Positions 63,097 to 64,000 of a stretch of 64,000 nt of DNA are shown one piece after another (the first letter of the stretch is position 1; each line of letters starts with the position of its first letter). Both the position numbers and the translations under genes were made by a program. The DNA is taken from positions 11,748 to 75,747 of the forward strand of contig JAKJEF010000001.1 of assembly GCA_022705565.1 (NCBI GenBank). The letters run 5' to 3'. This DNA comes from Patescibacteria group bacterium. Its GTDB lineage: Bacteria > Patescibacteriota > Minisyncoccia > UBA6257 > Colwellbacteraceae. Below the pieces are notes generated by a model. The model was not told the origin of the DNA. It was given only the letters and a program-made list of their open reading frames with translations, and made no database searches.

Positions 63097-63777
63097 TTAG
63101 CCGGATTTTTCGTCGTTAGTAAAGACTTCTCCTTTGTAAATCCAGACTTTGATGCCGACCGCTCCGTAGGTGGCGAAGGCGGTGGCTTCGGCGTAATCGA
63201 TGTCGGCTCTCAAGCTCGATAGCGGCAAACTGCCCCTGGTCAGCCATTCGCGGCGGGAAATCTCCGCTCCGTCCAAACGGCCGGAAAGCTTGATTTTCAC
63301 GCCCTTGACCTCTCTGTGGTTCATCACGTCCTCGATGGCTTTCTTGATCGTCGGTCTGAAGCGGAATCTTTTTTCCAAATCGTTCGCGATATTCTGGGCG
63401 ACCACCTGGGCCGAAACGTCTCCCCGGCCGAGCTCCATCACGGTCAAGCTGATTTCCGTCGCCGGAAGCTTGCTCCGTTTGTGGAGTTTGGCTATCTCCC
63501 TGTTCAAAAGCTTGGTGATGTCTTCGATGCCTTTGCCGCCCCGTCCGATGATGATTCCCGGCCGGCTGGCTTTGATGATAATGCGGCAAGAGCTGGCTGT
63601 TCTTTCTATTTCGATCGAAGCGATACCGGCTTCTTTCAATTTCTTGTTGATCAATTTCCGGATCAGGCTGTCTTCCTCGAGAACGAATTTCCGGTTTTTG
63701 GGGTCGGCAAACCAGCGAGAATCCCAATTCTTCAGAACGCCCAGTCGGAAAGATGTCGGTTTTATTTTTTGTGACAT
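63097..63777 (-). CDS. rpsC: 30S ribosomal protein S3
   Basis: MSQKIKPTSFRLGVLKNWDSRWFA, KH domain, GRLDGAEISR. Confidence 0.9.
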   Translation of the reverse strand: MSQKIKPTSFRLGVLKNWDSRWFADPKNRKFVLEEDSLIRKLINKKLKEAGIASIEIERTASSCRIIIKASRPGIIIGRGGKGIEDITKLLNREIAKLHKRSKLPATEISLTVMELGRGDVSAQVVAQNIANDLEKRFRFRPTIKKAIEDVMNHREVKGVKIKLSGRLDGAEISRREWLTRGSLPLSSLRADIDYAEATAFATYGAVGIKVWIYKGEVFTNDEKSG

Positions 63778-63782
63778 GTTTT

Positions 63783-64000
63783 TTATATGGATTTCCTTCT
63801 AAAGACGCGCCTCACGAGTCCGCCTTTGTCTTTCGGCTCTTCGAGACCGGTGCTCTTTTCCTCCAATTCGACTTTCGGCTTTTCGGATTTCGGTTTCTTT
63901 TCGGTCTTCGGTTTTTTCGACGTTTCTTTGGAAGTTTTTTCCGGGAAAACGAATTTGGAAACTTTGACTTTTTCGGATTCTTCGAGCTTCAAGAAAACAT
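63783..64000 (-). CDS. partial CDS (3' part; runs off the window end) with a K/E-rich tail; possibly the L22 C-terminal extension
   Basis: The frame is open to nt 64000, and operon position predicts rplV. The visible 70 aa are low-complexity K/E/P-rich, so the identity is unconfirmed. Confidence 0.3.
   Translation of the reverse strand, partial: VFLKLEESEKVKVSKFVFPEKTSKETSKKPKTEKKPKSEKPKVELEEKSTGLEEPKDKGGLVRRVFRRKSI

Noticed and set aside
1-64000. CRISPR arrays, rRNA genes, IS elements/transposases
   Set aside because: I found no regularly spaced direct repeats, rRNA-like segments or transposase/integrase ORFs anywhere in the window.

Overview
This 64-kb window looks like part of a small, gene-dense bacterial genome. 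It resembles Candidate Phyla Radiation / Patescibacteria in three ways: there is no rpmD between rpsE and rplO, genes are short and often overlap, and several starts look leaderless. That placement is inference from gene content only.

Core housekeeping content, mostly on the minus strand:
- The 3' half of the main ribosomal-protein operon (rpsC, rplP, rpsQ, rplN, rplX, rplE, rpsZ, rpsH, rplF, rplR, rpsE, a truncated rplO), then secY, adk, map.
- A cell-wall and division block: mraY, an amidohydrolase where murD normally sits, ftsW, murG, plus murC, mrdA-mreD-mreC-mreB and a second mreB paralog.
- def and fmt, gltX, proS, rseP, frr, holB, dnaX, pgk, tpiA, scpAB, rplI/rpmA.
- An RNase P RNA gene (rnpB) on the minus strand at 40530..40857, which the ORF track cannot see, with its own -35/-10 promoter and terminator.
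- Two tRNA-Gln genes (CUG and UUG anticodons).

Accessory content:
- A low-GC block at the left edge: a 5'-truncated EcoRI-like N6-adenine methyltransferase, a small TM protein and a DUF262(ParB-like)+HNH nuclease in one operon. It abuts the 3' end of tRNA-Gln(CUG).
- A second tRNA-Gln(UUG) followed by a 16-bp AT-only inverted repeat, a PF04020 holin-family protein and a sigma-70-region-2-like protein with three tandem SP..AYP..F..WEF repeats.
- A glycosylation cluster: a GT2 DPM1-like enzyme, a B12-binding radical SAM protein and two tandem paralogous GT-C membrane glycosyltransferases.

The most striking feature is a duplicated two-gene cassette. Each copy is an N-terminally membrane-anchored protein of about 190-230 aa followed by a signal-peptide-bearing, extremely cysteine-rich protein of 735 or 749 aa. 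The copy I counted has about 50 Cys, including two modules that look Ig-like. One copy splits the normally contiguous def-fmt pair (5525..8479). The paralogous copy lies between mrdA and tpiA (45009..47912). I do not recognise this protein family.
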